From NCBI GenBank assembly GCA_963811105.1, contig CAWEPZ010000011.1:224001-288000 (forward strand): DNA of 64,000 bases, written 5' to 3'. The notes below the pieces were generated by a model. The model worked only from the letters and a program-made list of their open reading frames with translations. It was not told the DNA's origin and ran no database searches. A program made the position numbers and the translations under genes. This DNA is from Candidatus Bathyarchaeota archaeon. GTDB taxonomy: Archaea > Thermoproteota > Bathyarchaeia > Bathyarchaeales > Bathycorpusculaceae. This document shows, in pieces, positions 41,621 to 51,319 of the stretch (position 1 is the first letter of the stretch; each line of letters starts with the position of its first letter).

Positions 41621-43285
41621 TTATTCTTCCTCCTTCTGCTTCTTGAAGCATTTGCCTGCTTCGCATTTCTTTTCGACTATATGAGTAAGGTATTCGTCTT
41701 TGAAGTATCGAAGTGTAGTTATAACTGGGTTAGGAGCTGTTTGACCAAGACCGCAAAGGCTTGCATCGCGTATGAATACACCTGATTTTTCGAGAGTGGC
41801 AATATCTTCTATTTTTCCATCGCCAGTAGTAATTTTATCATATATGTCTTTAATCCGGGCTAAGCCTGCTCTGCATGGAGTACATTTGCCGCACGATTCA
41901 TCTACGCAGAATTCAGTAAAGAACCGTGCAGTGTCAACCATGCAGGAATCCTCATCAAGAACTACTATTCCGCCTGAACCCATGATTGCTCCGACCTTTG
42001 TTAATGAGTCGTAGTCAATTGGAGATTCAAGCAATGTTTGAGGTAAGCAACCGCCTGATGGACCGCCGACCAAAACAGCTTTGAATTTTTTGCCGTTCGG
42101 TACTCCACCCCCGATTTCAAACACTACCTCTCTTAAGGTTATTCCCATCGGTACTTCGATGAGTCCTGGATTGTTAACTTGGCCTGTTAATGAAAAGCAT
42201 TTGGTTCCTGTGCATCTTGATGTCCCCATCTTTGAGAACCATAAGCCGCCGTTCTGAATGATTAGAGGGATGTTGGCTAAGGTTTCAACGTTCTGTATGA
42301 GGGTTGGTTGTTGCCATAAACCAGAATTCGCGGGATATGGCGGACGAGGACGAGGCATTGCTCTGCGACCTTCGACCGAGGCTAGGATAGCTGTTTCTTC
42401 TCCCGCGACAAATGCACCAGCGCCAAATCGTAGTTCAAGGTCAAATTTGAACGTCCCCATTTCCAGAATGTTTTCGCCAAGCAAAGACATTGATTTTGCT
42501 TGAGCAATGGCTTTTTGTAAAGTTTGAATAGCCAAAGGATACTCTGACCTGATATAGATATAGCCTTTTTCTGCCCCAATCGCGTAGGCAGCGATAAGCA
42601 TACCTTCAATGATCGCATGCGGATCAGCCTCAGCAAGAGTTCGGTTCGCGAAAACACCCGGGTCTCCTTCATCTAAATTCGCGACAATATATTTGGGAGT
42701 ATTATGTGCCCTAGATACAAGAGTCCACTTTTGTCCTGTTGGAAAACCAGCTCCTCCTCGACCTCTGAGACCGCTGGTCCTAATTTCGTAAATTATTCCT
42801 TGCGGAGTCATGGTTGCAAGGCATTTCGCTAAGGCAGAGTAGCCTCCCGCTGATATATAATCTTGAATTCTTGAGGGGTCAATTTTTCCAGCATTTCGCA
42901 GAACAAGCCTATGTTGCTTTGTGAAGTAAGCTTCGTTCTTGTACAGCATGTCTTTAACTGGTAAACCAAGAACTATGTGGTCACGGACTATTTCTCTTAC
43001 TTTTTCTGGGGTTACGCTTTGATAGAGGTAATCTCCTGGTTCTATCAGCACTGCGGGACCAACGGAGCATGTGCCGATACAGCCTGTTCGTGCGACTTTG
43101 CATTCGTTATCTACGCCAAATTCTTTTACAGCATCTTCAAATGCTTTTAGTACTTTAAATGCTCCAAATGGAACACATCCGCTTGAACAGCAAACGTTAA
43201 TTCGGTATTTGTAACCTCTCTGAAAATCAACTTCTTGTTCAGCTATTCTTTGAAGATCATCAAGCTTCAACTTTGACTCCTCCAA
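41621..43285 (-). CDS. hoxF: Hox diaphorase flavoprotein (NuoF-like)
   Basis: N-terminal thioredoxin-like 2Fe-2S domain, GRGGAGF, DEGDPG, GEETA, SCGKCTPCR, SLCGLG. Confidence 0.92.
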   Translation of the reverse strand: MEESKLKLDDLQRIAEQEVDFQRGYKYRINVCCSSGCVPFGAFKVLKAFEDAVKEFGVDNECKVARTGCIGTCSVGPAVLIEPGDYLYQSVTPEKVREIVRDHIVLGLPVKDMLYKNEAYFTKQHRLVLRNAGKIDPSRIQDYISAGGYSALAKCLATMTPQGIIYEIRTSGLRGRGGAGFPTGQKWTLVSRAHNTPKYIVANLDEGDPGVFANRTLAEADPHAIIEGMLIAAYAIGAEKGYIYIRSEYPLAIQTLQKAIAQAKSMSLLGENILEMGTFKFDLELRFGAGAFVAGEETAILASVEGRRAMPRPRPPYPANSGLWQQPTLIQNVETLANIPLIIQNGGLWFSKMGTSRCTGTKCFSLTGQVNNPGLIEVPMGITLREVVFEIGGGVPNGKKFKAVLVGGPSGGCLPQTLLESPIDYDSLTKVGAIMGSGGIVVLDEDSCMVDTARFFTEFCVDESCGKCTPCRAGLARIKDIYDKITTGDGKIEDIATLEKSGVFIRDASLCGLGQTAPNPVITTLRYFKDEYLTHIVEKKCEAGKCFKKQKEEE

Positions 43286-43748
43286 GCGCTTGTTTTATTT
43301 TTTCTATTACCATTTCCTTCGTTGCTTTGCCAATTACTTCGTCGTCGACAACAATGTTTGGTGCCATAGCGCATGCACCGATACAGCGTGTGAGAAGAAG
43401 AGAAAGTTTCCCATCAGCAGTTGATCCTCCACGTTTAACATTAAATTCTTGTTCAACAGCTTCCATGATTTCTTCAACACCCTTCACGTAACAGGCAGTT
43501 CCTAAGCAACCAGTCACTATATGTTCACCTGGTTTTCTAAGCTTGAAAAAGCTGTAGAAAGTGGTAACCCCGAAAACGTGACTTGGAGGAATGTTTAGAG
43601 AACCCGCAACATCCATCAATAGATCTTTATCTAAATATCCGTAGATTTCTTGGGCGCGATGGAGAATTTCTAAAAGAGCACTTTCTTGATAATTATACTC
43701 TTTCAAAACTTTTTCGAGCAAAACACGTCTTTTATCATTCTCAGTCAA
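43260..43748 (-). CDS. hoxE: Hox 2Fe-2S subunit (NuoE-like)
   Basis: TFYSFF, CLGTACYVKG, RCIGAC..AP. Confidence 0.9.
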   Translation of the reverse strand: MTENDKRRVLLEKVLKEYNYQESALLEILHRAQEIYGYLDKDLLMDVAGSLNIPPSHVFGVTTFYSFFKLRKPGEHIVTGCLGTACYVKGVEEIMEAVEQEFNVKRGGSTADGKLSLLLTRCIGACAMAPNIVVDDEVIGKATKEMVIEKIKQALGGVKVEA

Positions 43749-44061
43749 CGTTTGATCCTCCTTTTAAATCGTGGGGAATCATTATAGTTCGAAGGCAGTA
43801 CAGATATTTCTAGTATAAAAGTATAGAGGGTCGTTTCTAAAAGAATAAAGTAAGAAACCTATAAAAAAGGTATTATAGGCAATTAACCCATAATTTGATG
43901 GGGATTGAATAAAGTAGGTAATTGCTTTTTCCTTTTGGCTTTTAGACCAAGAAATTGCCTCGTTTGCGCTCTTTTGGCAAAAAAATCATTTACGTTAAGC
44001 AAACAAAGATAAGCAGAAGAATGCGAACAGCATCAAAGAAAGTTTTACCTATTGTAAAGAG

Positions 44062-46884
44062 TTAAGCAGAAGATGCATCTGACTGATCTTGAATATTACC
44101 CTTGCTTTTGTCTGATACTTCCGCAACTTGTTGCCCTTGATTTGCTATTTTCTCGGAAATAATCGTTGTTGTTTGACATTGTACGTTCATGTCCTCGTTT
44201 TTTAGGTCTAAAACGCCTTTCGCATTTCCATCACTTAGGTATTCAAGTCTGAAACCCATCTTTTTCATAAGGTTTAAAGCTCGATAATTGTCTGGCAGCA
44301 TTATTGCATAGACGTCTTCAATGCCTTTTTCCTTAGCAATGTCAAGCACGTGATCGACCATTTTTGTGCCTAAACCTAAACCTTGCCAGTAATCTGTCAC
44401 TATAAAGGACATTTCACCGCTTTTTCCATCAGGCTCGATATTTACTCGGGCGACGCCTAAGATTTTTCTTTTGCCATTTTCGTTTAATTCAGCTACTATT
44501 GCTATTTCTCGGTCATAATCAATGTTGCAATAGCGTACACGAACTTCGTGTGGCGTGTCTTTTAGTACCTGGAAAAATCGATAGCGAATCGATTCCTCAG
44601 AGAAGCTTTGGAACATTCCCAGCCACAAGGGTTCGTCTTCTGGTTTGATAGGGCGCAACACCACTTCTTGACTGTTTCTCAGCGACCAAGTTAACTCATA
44701 TTTCTTTGGGTAGGGACTGATAACCAAATGCTCATGAGGTTCATATTTCTTGCAAATGGCGTCTTTATTAATCACTATTCTGGCATCAAGAATGCAGGCG
44801 TCTTTCTCATTTATCAGCAATGGATTAATGTCAATTTCTTTTACCTGTGGAAAATCAATCAGAAACTGAGAGAAAAGAAGCAATGTTTCATCGAGGCGTT
44901 TAAGGTCTACAGGAGGTGCATTTCGGTATCCCTTCAGAAGTTGGTAAACTTTTGTTTCTTCCATCATGCGGTGGATAAGTGTCGTGTTTAGCGGCGGCAA
45001 CCCAATGGCATAATCTTTGAAAAGTTCAACCCCAACACCACCCATGCCAAATAGAATCACTGGACCAAAAACTGGATCGGTTTTTCCACCGATTATAAGT
45101 TCATACCCTTTTTTCTCCACCATTGGCTGTACGGTAACTCCGAGTATTTGCGCATTCGGATTGTAAGCGGTTGCTTTTTGAATAATCATTTCAAAAGCTT
45201 TGCGAACCTCGTTTGCAGAATTCACATTTAATATGACCCCGCCAGCATCGCTTTTATGAACAATCTGCGGAGAAAGAATCTTTAAAACTACAGGGTACCC
45301 CATTTCTTGTGCTAAAGAAACTGCCTCATCAGTTCTAGTGGCAACAGCGGTTTTGACGACTGGAAAATTATAGTATTTTAAGATTTTTTTGGCTTCATTT
45401 TCACTTAATAATTCGCGATTTTCAGCGGCGGCGTTTCTTATTATCGATAGTATTGGGCGTTTAGGTGGTGAAGAGTCCAGTGGTAGTTCTTCAGGAGTCT
45501 GATAGAGAAGATCGAGATTGACTTGGTAATTGTACATATACATGTATGTTTTGATTCCTTGTTCAGGCGTGGAATAAGTCGGGATGTTGTTTGCGTTAAA
45601 TATCTTGTTTGCTTCTTGCACCGCATCAAAGCCCATGAAAGATGTAAGAATAGTTTTGTTCTGATATGATTTGCCTCGAACAAGTTCAGCTATAGCTTTA
45701 GCGATTTCAACTGGCTCAGAGCCTGCTTGGTGAGTTAGAATAATGAGTATCCCGTCAATTCCGTTATCATTAAGGCAGGATTCAACCGCTGCTTTATACC
45801 GGTCTGCCTTAGCGTCTCCAAGAACGTCTATAGGGTTTCCATGGCTCCAAAAAGCAGGTAAAACACCGTTAAGGGAACTCAAGGTTTTCTCGTTAAGTTT
45901 AGCCAGTTTGCCGCCTTGAGCAATCAAAGCGTCGGTAGCCATTACTCCTGGCCCGCCGGCGTTGGTTATTATTGCAAGTTTTGACCCTTTGGGTAATGGT
46001 TGAGTTCCTAACACTTCAGCTGCGTTGAATAAGTCAGCTATTTCCTGGACTCTAACTATTCCCGCTCGTTTGAATGCTGCATCGTAAATATCATCCTCGC
46101 CTGAAAGTGACCCCGTGTGGGAAGCGGCGGCTTTTGCACTTTCAGCGAATTTTCCTGATTTCACGACAATTATGGGTTTGGTTCTTGCAAAGTGTCTTGC
46201 TGCGCTCATGAATTTTCTTGCGTCAGTTATTCCTTCCACGTACATGAGAATGCTTTTGGTCTTTGGGTCAGAACCGAAGTAATCTATTAAGTCGCCAAAG
46301 TCAACATCAATCATAGACCCAACCGAAACAAAATTGCTAAAGCCAATGTTTTCGTGGATTGCCCAGTCAAGGATAGCTGAACCTAAAGCGCCGCTTTGAG
46401 ATAGGAAAGCGATGTTGCCTGGTTTGGGCATTTTATCCAAGAAGGTTGCGTTAAGATTTAGGCGGGGACGAATTATGCCTATGCAGTTTGGCCCGATAAC
46501 GCGAATATTATATTTTTTTGCGACTTCAAGAATTCTCTGTTCTAAAGCTTTTCCTTCAGAACCTGTTTCCTTGAAGCCTGCAGAAACAACAATTACTCCT
46601 TTTACATCTGCTCGTCCACATTCTTCTATTACATCGGGAACTGTTTTTGCGGGAGTCGCTATTATGGCTAAATCAACGGGATCTGGAATCTGATCAACCG
46701 TTTTGTAGGTCTTAACGCCTAAAATCTCTGGCTTGCGGATGTTCACGAAGTATACTTTGCCAGCATAACCCAGTTTGGTAAAATTTTTGACGATGGCGTA
46801 ACCGACTGATCCTTCAGCGTCGCTGGCTCCGATGATGGCTATATTTTTGGGGTTGAAGATCTTTTCAAGATTTAAGGTGCCCAT
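44062..46884 (-). CDS. ADP-forming acyl-CoA synthetase (alpha+beta) fused to C-terminal GNAT (Pat-like)
   Basis: GPNC.G, SQSGA, ASHTG, NPID, HKSD.GGV, DINPL, then RPIKPED, WQGLGLGT. Confidence 0.9.
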   Translation of the reverse strand: MGTLNLEKIFNPKNIAIIGASDAEGSVGYAIVKNFTKLGYAGKVYFVNIRKPEILGVKTYKTVDQIPDPVDLAIIATPAKTVPDVIEECGRADVKGVIVVSAGFKETGSEGKALEQRILEVAKKYNIRVIGPNCIGIIRPRLNLNATFLDKMPKPGNIAFLSQSGALGSAILDWAIHENIGFSNFVSVGSMIDVDFGDLIDYFGSDPKTKSILMYVEGITDARKFMSAARHFARTKPIIVVKSGKFAESAKAAASHTGSLSGEDDIYDAAFKRAGIVRVQEIADLFNAAEVLGTQPLPKGSKLAIITNAGGPGVMATDALIAQGGKLAKLNEKTLSSLNGVLPAFWSHGNPIDVLGDAKADRYKAAVESCLNDNGIDGILIILTHQAGSEPVEIAKAIAELVRGKSYQNKTILTSFMGFDAVQEANKIFNANNIPTYSTPEQGIKTYMYMYNYQVNLDLLYQTPEELPLDSSPPKRPILSIIRNAAAENRELLSENEAKKILKYYNFPVVKTAVATRTDEAVSLAQEMGYPVVLKILSPQIVHKSDAGGVILNVNSANEVRKAFEMIIQKATAYNPNAQILGVTVQPMVEKKGYELIIGGKTDPVFGPVILFGMGGVGVELFKDYAIGLPPLNTTLIHRMMEETKVYQLLKGYRNAPPVDLKRLDETLLLFSQFLIDFPQVKEIDINPLLINEKDACILDARIVINKDAICKKYEPHEHLVISPYPKKYELTWSLRNSQEVVLRPIKPEDEPLWLGMFQSFSEESIRYRFFQVLKDTPHEVRVRYCNIDYDREIAIVAELNENGKRKILGVARVNIEPDGKSGEMSFIVTDYWQGLGLGTKMVDHVLDIAKEKGIEDVYAIMLPDNYRALNLMKKMGFRLEYLSDGNAKGVLDLKNEDMNVQCQTTTIISEKIANQGQQVAEVSDKSKGNIQDQSDASSA

Positions 46885-47029
46885 TGATTTAACCTTCTGC
46901 GTATGTCGCAACAGCATAAACTAAAAAAGCTTACTGATTCAAAATTTTGATTTGTAATATCAGCGATATAGAAAAAGTGAAAACTAATCTTTAAAGATAT
47001 ACTTGGGCATAATAGCTTGGAAGCTTTGT

Positions 47030-47485
47030 TTACTGGAAATCCTTCTTGATTTCTTCAAGCGAAAGAACAGCTACGCCATTGGCGGTAAACATTTGCTCTG
47101 CTTTCTCGATATTGCTTGCCCGCAGTATCAAAGCTACTTGCCCATCGATGTGCACGGCTGAAGAATAAGCGTACTCTATGTTTATGCCACCGTCACCTAA
47201 GATTTTGGTTATTTTTGATAGCCTATTTTGTGGAGATACAAAAATTGCGGTTACCTCTGTGTTCTTTTTGGATTTGGCAAGGTTAAAGTCGGCTTCTTCC
47301 AATAATTGAGCCGCTTTCTCCGGTTGTTCGGTAATCAATCTTACTAAGCCAAATTCGCCTGCATCTGCGATTGATAGCGCAAAAACTTTTTGTTTGTTGT
47401 TATCAAGTAGGGACATAACTTCGAAAAGAGAGCCAGGTCGATTGTCAAGAAAAACGCTTACTTGAGTTATAGGCAACTTTGACAC
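47030..47485 (-). CDS. Tandem ACT-domain protein
   Basis: QVSVFLDNRPG, IADAGEFG.VRL, INIEYAY. Confidence 0.88.
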   Translation of the reverse strand: MSKLPITQVSVFLDNRPGSLFEVMSLLDNNKQKVFALSIADAGEFGLVRLITEQPEKAAQLLEEADFNLAKSKKNTEVTAIFVSPQNRLSKITKILGDGGINIEYAYSSAVHIDGQVALILRASNIEKAEQMFTANGVAVLSLEEIKKDFQ

Positions 47486-47644
47486 CTATATTTAAATGGC
47501 TTTAAAAGATATTTAACTTTAACCACTCAAACCAGGATATCGAAAAGAGTGAATATTACAAAAAACGCAAGTTCAATTTTTTGTTTAATATAAACTTTAA
47601 ATCATACTTGGGTCATCTTTTTTATTTAAACTAGCTGGCCGCGT

Positions 47645-48454
47645 ATGTTTAAAAAACGCTTCTTAACGCTTATTGTCTTAACTCTCACAGCTTTAGCCCT
47701 CACAGTTTATAACTCAAATTTACCCGCTGCTCAAGCCCAAACATCCAACTCAACTCTGCTAACAATATCAGGACAAGTGAAAAATCCTCTGAACCTAATC
47801 CTTGTCGACATTGAAGCTATGCCCCAAACAACTGAATACGCTGCATTAATCTGTGTAGATGCGCCAACTACACCCTTGCAACAAGGCTATTGGACGGGCG
47901 TGAAACTTTCCTACGTACTCCAACAAGCCGGCTTGTCTTCAGACGCGATCAAAGTTGCATTCTTCGCACCTGATGGTTTCAATACAGATTTGCCAGTCAG
48001 TACTGCAATGCAAGACAATTCCATTGTGGTGGCTTATCAAAAAGACAACTCATCTTTAGGAGGAACATTGCAACTGGTTGTTCCAGGAAGATGGGGCTAT
48101 AAATGGATAAGCGCCCTCACCCAAATCCAACTTGTAAACTATGACTTCTTAGGCACCTATGAAAGCAGCGGGTACCCAGATGACGGGACATCTCTTCCAC
48201 AGGGATCGATCCAATTCCAACGACCGACACCAAATACTTCATCGTTTCCAACTGCTACTTCAACGACGGCTCCAACTCAATCATCAAAACCATCTGCATC
48301 ATCTACTCAAACTTTAACGCCACCCGCTTCCAACATCAAGCCTCAACAAACATCGACATTTCTCGTCTTCATCGCTACGGTTTCCATAATAATTGTAATT
48401 TCAGCTGTAGCTGCTGCGGTAATTTTGATGAAACGAAAGAAAACAAAGACCTGA
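47645..48454 (+). CDS. Exported sulfite-oxidase-fold molybdopterin protein with S/T linker and C-terminal anchor
   Basis: Signal peptide, LICV, WTGV.L, LVVPGRWGYKWI, TM plus basic tail. Confidence 0.85.
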   Translation: MFKKRFLTLIVLTLTALALTVYNSNLPAAQAQTSNSTLLTISGQVKNPLNLILVDIEAMPQTTEYAALICVDAPTTPLQQGYWTGVKLSYVLQQAGLSSDAIKVAFFAPDGFNTDLPVSTAMQDNSIVVAYQKDNSSLGGTLQLVVPGRWGYKWISALTQIQLVNYDFLGTYESSGYPDDGTSLPQGSIQFQRPTPNTSSFPTATSTTAPTQSSKPSASSTQTLTPPASNIKPQQTSTFLVFIATVSIIIVISAVAAAVILMKRKKTKT

Positions 48455-48551
48455 GTCAAGAAGGAACACAGGCTTGTATGATATCGCAATGATAAAGCGT
48501 GTGATTGAAACCGCTTCAACCGGTTTTTTTCGTTAGCTTTTGTTTTTATAG

Positions 48552-49685
48552 TTACTTGGAGTTAGGTGTGAGTTCAGGTTTTTTCTTATATTTCTTTATT
48601 GTCCATACAATAGCGTAAATTGTCACTATCATCAATATCACCGCTGACAACGCTATAAAGAGTGCCACGGTGCCAAACTCCGATGTAGTTTTACCTAAGG
48701 CGTCTGATATTACGGAAACTGTCCCTGAGTCACTATTGGCGACAAAAATCTTGCCTTTTTCAGAATCATAGGCTATCCCTGAGGGAAATGCACCTACAGT
48801 TACGTTCGCTATTACGGTATTATTGCTATCAGAAATAACAGAGACAGTTCCAGGGTATTGATTAGTTACGAAGATTAATCCCTTGGCAGAATCATAGGCT
48901 ACACTTTCGGGAGAGCTTCCTACATTTATGTTCGCAATTACAGTATTGTTGCTGTCCGATATGACTGAGACTGTATTGGATCCATAATTGGCTACGAAGA
49001 TTTCTCCCTGCCCTGAATCAAAAGCTACCCCAACTGGGCCTATTCCTACCGTTACGTTAGCAATTACAGTATTATTGGTATCCGATACAATGGATACCGT
49101 GTTGGAACCATCGTTTGTTACGAAGATTTCGCCTTTCTCTGAATCATAAGCTAAGCCAAGTGGGTTGATGCCCACTGTTACGTTCGCAATCAGAGTTTTA
49201 GTGCTATCTGATATTACCGAAACAGTTTGGAAGCCGGCGTTAGCCACGAATATCTCACCTTTTCCCGAATCGTAGGCTAAGTTGATTGGATCTGCAAAAG
49301 GATATTCTCCTACGGTTATGTTCGCAACTACGGTATTGGTGGTATCCGAAATGACGGATACAGTGCCTGAGTTGCCATTGGCTACAAAGATCTCGCCTTG
49401 GCCAGAATCGTAGGCGACTCCGTGAAGATTAACAGAAGGATACTCGCCTACTGTTACGTTTGCAATCACGGTATTGCTACTGTCCGAAATTACGGAGACT
49501 GTACCTGATTTAGTGTTAGTTACGAAGACTTCGCCCTTGCCGGAATCGTAAGCTACGCCTTCAGGAGAACTCCCCACTGTTATCGTATTAACTACTCCAG
49601 CAGTGTATATCGCGTTAGCTACTTGTGGGGCAACAATAATTGTGAACAGAATTATGACGGAAAAGATTTTCTTTAGATTTTTCAC
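48552..49685 (-). CDS. Surface YVTN/YncE beta-propeller protein
   Basis: Seven ~43-aa repeats VG..P.GVAYDS.KGEIFV.N..S.TVSVISD; signal peptide; C-terminal TM. Confidence 0.9.
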   Translation of the reverse strand: MKNLKKIFSVIILFTIIVAPQVANAIYTAGVVNTITVGSSPEGVAYDSGKGEVFVTNTKSGTVSVISDSSNTVIANVTVGEYPSVNLHGVAYDSGQGEIFVANGNSGTVSVISDTTNTVVANITVGEYPFADPINLAYDSGKGEIFVANAGFQTVSVISDSTKTLIANVTVGINPLGLAYDSEKGEIFVTNDGSNTVSIVSDTNNTVIANVTVGIGPVGVAFDSGQGEIFVANYGSNTVSVISDSNNTVIANINVGSSPESVAYDSAKGLIFVTNQYPGTVSVISDSNNTVIANVTVGAFPSGIAYDSEKGKIFVANSDSGTVSVISDALGKTTSEFGTVALFIALSAVILMIVTIYAIVWTIKKYKKKPELTPNSK

Positions 49686-49855
49686 ACAATTTAGTGGATT
49701 TTTGTTTCTTATAATTATTTTGATGAGGTTTTAAGTGCTTGAACAAACTTGAAACGTTAAATTTGAGTTAACGTCGTTTGCTGGGAAAAGAAAGTGTTTT
49801 TACCAACATTTATATTTGAACCTCGATTAATCCTTGCTATTCGGAGATAGCTAAT

Positions 49856-50593
49856 TTGCTAAAGTGCACTGAAGTCTCAAAGCAGTTTGGAGGACTTCAA
49901 GCATTAAAAAAAGTTGATTTCACAATAAACGAAAATGAGATAGCTGGGCTTGTGGGACCCAATGGCTCAGGCAAATCTACCTTGCTTAACCTTATTAGTG
50001 GGGTTTACAAGCCTGACTCGGGGCAAATAATTTTTCTAAACGAAGACATCAGTAAACTTCCATCGTACAAGATTTGTGCTAAGGGCATAACGAAAACGGC
50101 TCAAACGGTTCAATCATTTCCAGAAATGACAACTACCGAAAACGTTCTTACAAGCGTTCTTTTTAATGAAAAAAAGTTCACGAACAAAGTTGATGCAAAA
50201 TCGAGGGCGCAGGAGCTTCTAGGTTTTGTTGGATTAAGCAAAGAAAAGTTTGATTTACCAGTCAAAAAACTAAATGTTGTTGAGTTGAGGCGTATACAGT
50301 TGGCGAAAGCGTTGGCGACTAATCCTAAGCTGCTTCTTCTAGATGAGTTACTTACGGGTTTAACGCCTAAAGAATGCGATGAAGCCATTGAACTAATAAG
50401 ATTAATCAATAAACAAGGGGTAACTGTGCTCATCGTCGAACATGTGATGCGTGTGATCATGGGATTATGTGACCATGTAGTTGTGTTGCATCATGGCGAG
50501 AAAATCTGTGAAGGATCCCCTAAACAGGTTGTTAATGATGAGAACGTCGTGAAGGTTTACTTGGGCAAAAGAGCTGCAATGTGTGAGGAGTAA
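49856..50593 (+). CDS. livG: Branched-chain amino acid-type ABC ATPase
   Basis: FGGLQAL, GPNGSGKST, LLLDE, EHVM, VYLG. Confidence 0.9.
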   Translation: MLKCTEVSKQFGGLQALKKVDFTINENEIAGLVGPNGSGKSTLLNLISGVYKPDSGQIIFLNEDISKLPSYKICAKGITKTAQTVQSFPEMTTTENVLTSVLFNEKKFTNKVDAKSRAQELLGFVGLSKEKFDLPVKKLNVVELRRIQLAKALATNPKLLLLDELLTGLTPKECDEAIELIRLINKQGVTVLIVEHVMRVIMGLCDHVVVLHHGEKICEGSPKQVVNDENVVKVYLGKRAAMCEE

Positions 50594-50595
50594 AA

Positions 50596-51300
50596 GTGTT
50601 AGAAATCCAAAATTTAGCAGCTGCTTATGATATGGTGCAAATTCTTTATGACGTTAGTTTTAAAGTGGAAGAGAAAGAAATAGTCAGCATAATTGGGCCT
50701 AACGGCGCGGGAAAAACTACCTTAGCTAAAACAATAATGGGTTTTATGCATCCCAAAAACGGAACAATCACGTTTAAAGGCGAAAACATAAGCAAGTTGC
50801 CTACATACGATATAGTCAAAAAGGGTTTAACAATGATTCCTGAGGGCAGGGAAATCTTTCCCCGCATGACCGTCGATCAGAACCTGCTTTTGGGCGCTTA
50901 CACAATAAAAGAAAAAGAGAAGATTCAAGAAACTCGTGAGAAGGTTCTCCAGATTTTTCCCGTGCTTAGAAAGAAGGAGAAATCTTTAGCTCAGACACTC
51001 AGCGGTGGCGAGCAGCAGATGCTTGTTATTTGTCGAAGTTTAATGTCTAATCCTCAAATGTTAATTTTAGATGAGCCTTCATTGGGACTTGCACCCATTA
51101 TTGTGGAGAAAGTGTTGGATACTATTCGCACAATCAATGATGAAGGCGTAACTGTTTTGCTTGTTGAACAGAACATACGCGATTCGTTAAATGTTGCTGA
51201 TAGAGGTTACGTTTTGGAAGAAGGCCGAATTATTTTAGAAGGAAAGAGTAGGGAACTTTTATCTAATAGTCATATAAAAGAAGTGTATCTAGGCCTTTGA
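50596..51300 (+). CDS. livF: Branched-chain amino acid-type ABC ATPase
   Basis: GPNGAGKTT, PEGR.IF, LSGGEQQM, DEPSLGLAP. Confidence 0.92.
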   Translation: MLEIQNLAAAYDMVQILYDVSFKVEEKEIVSIIGPNGAGKTTLAKTIMGFMHPKNGTITFKGENISKLPTYDIVKKGLTMIPEGREIFPRMTVDQNLLLGAYTIKEKEKIQETREKVLQIFPVLRKKEKSLAQTLSGGEQQMLVICRSLMSNPQMLILDEPSLGLAPIIVEKVLDTIRTINDEGVTVLLVEQNIRDSLNVADRGYVLEEGRIILEGKSRELLSNSHIKEVYLGL

Positions 51301-51319
51301 AAACAGAGAGGAAAAAGCG

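Noticed and set aside
48700-49590. Periodic DNA repeats as a CRISPR array
   Set aside because: They are degenerate ~130-bp in-frame coding repeats of a beta-propeller. No CRISPR array or cas genes were seen in the window.
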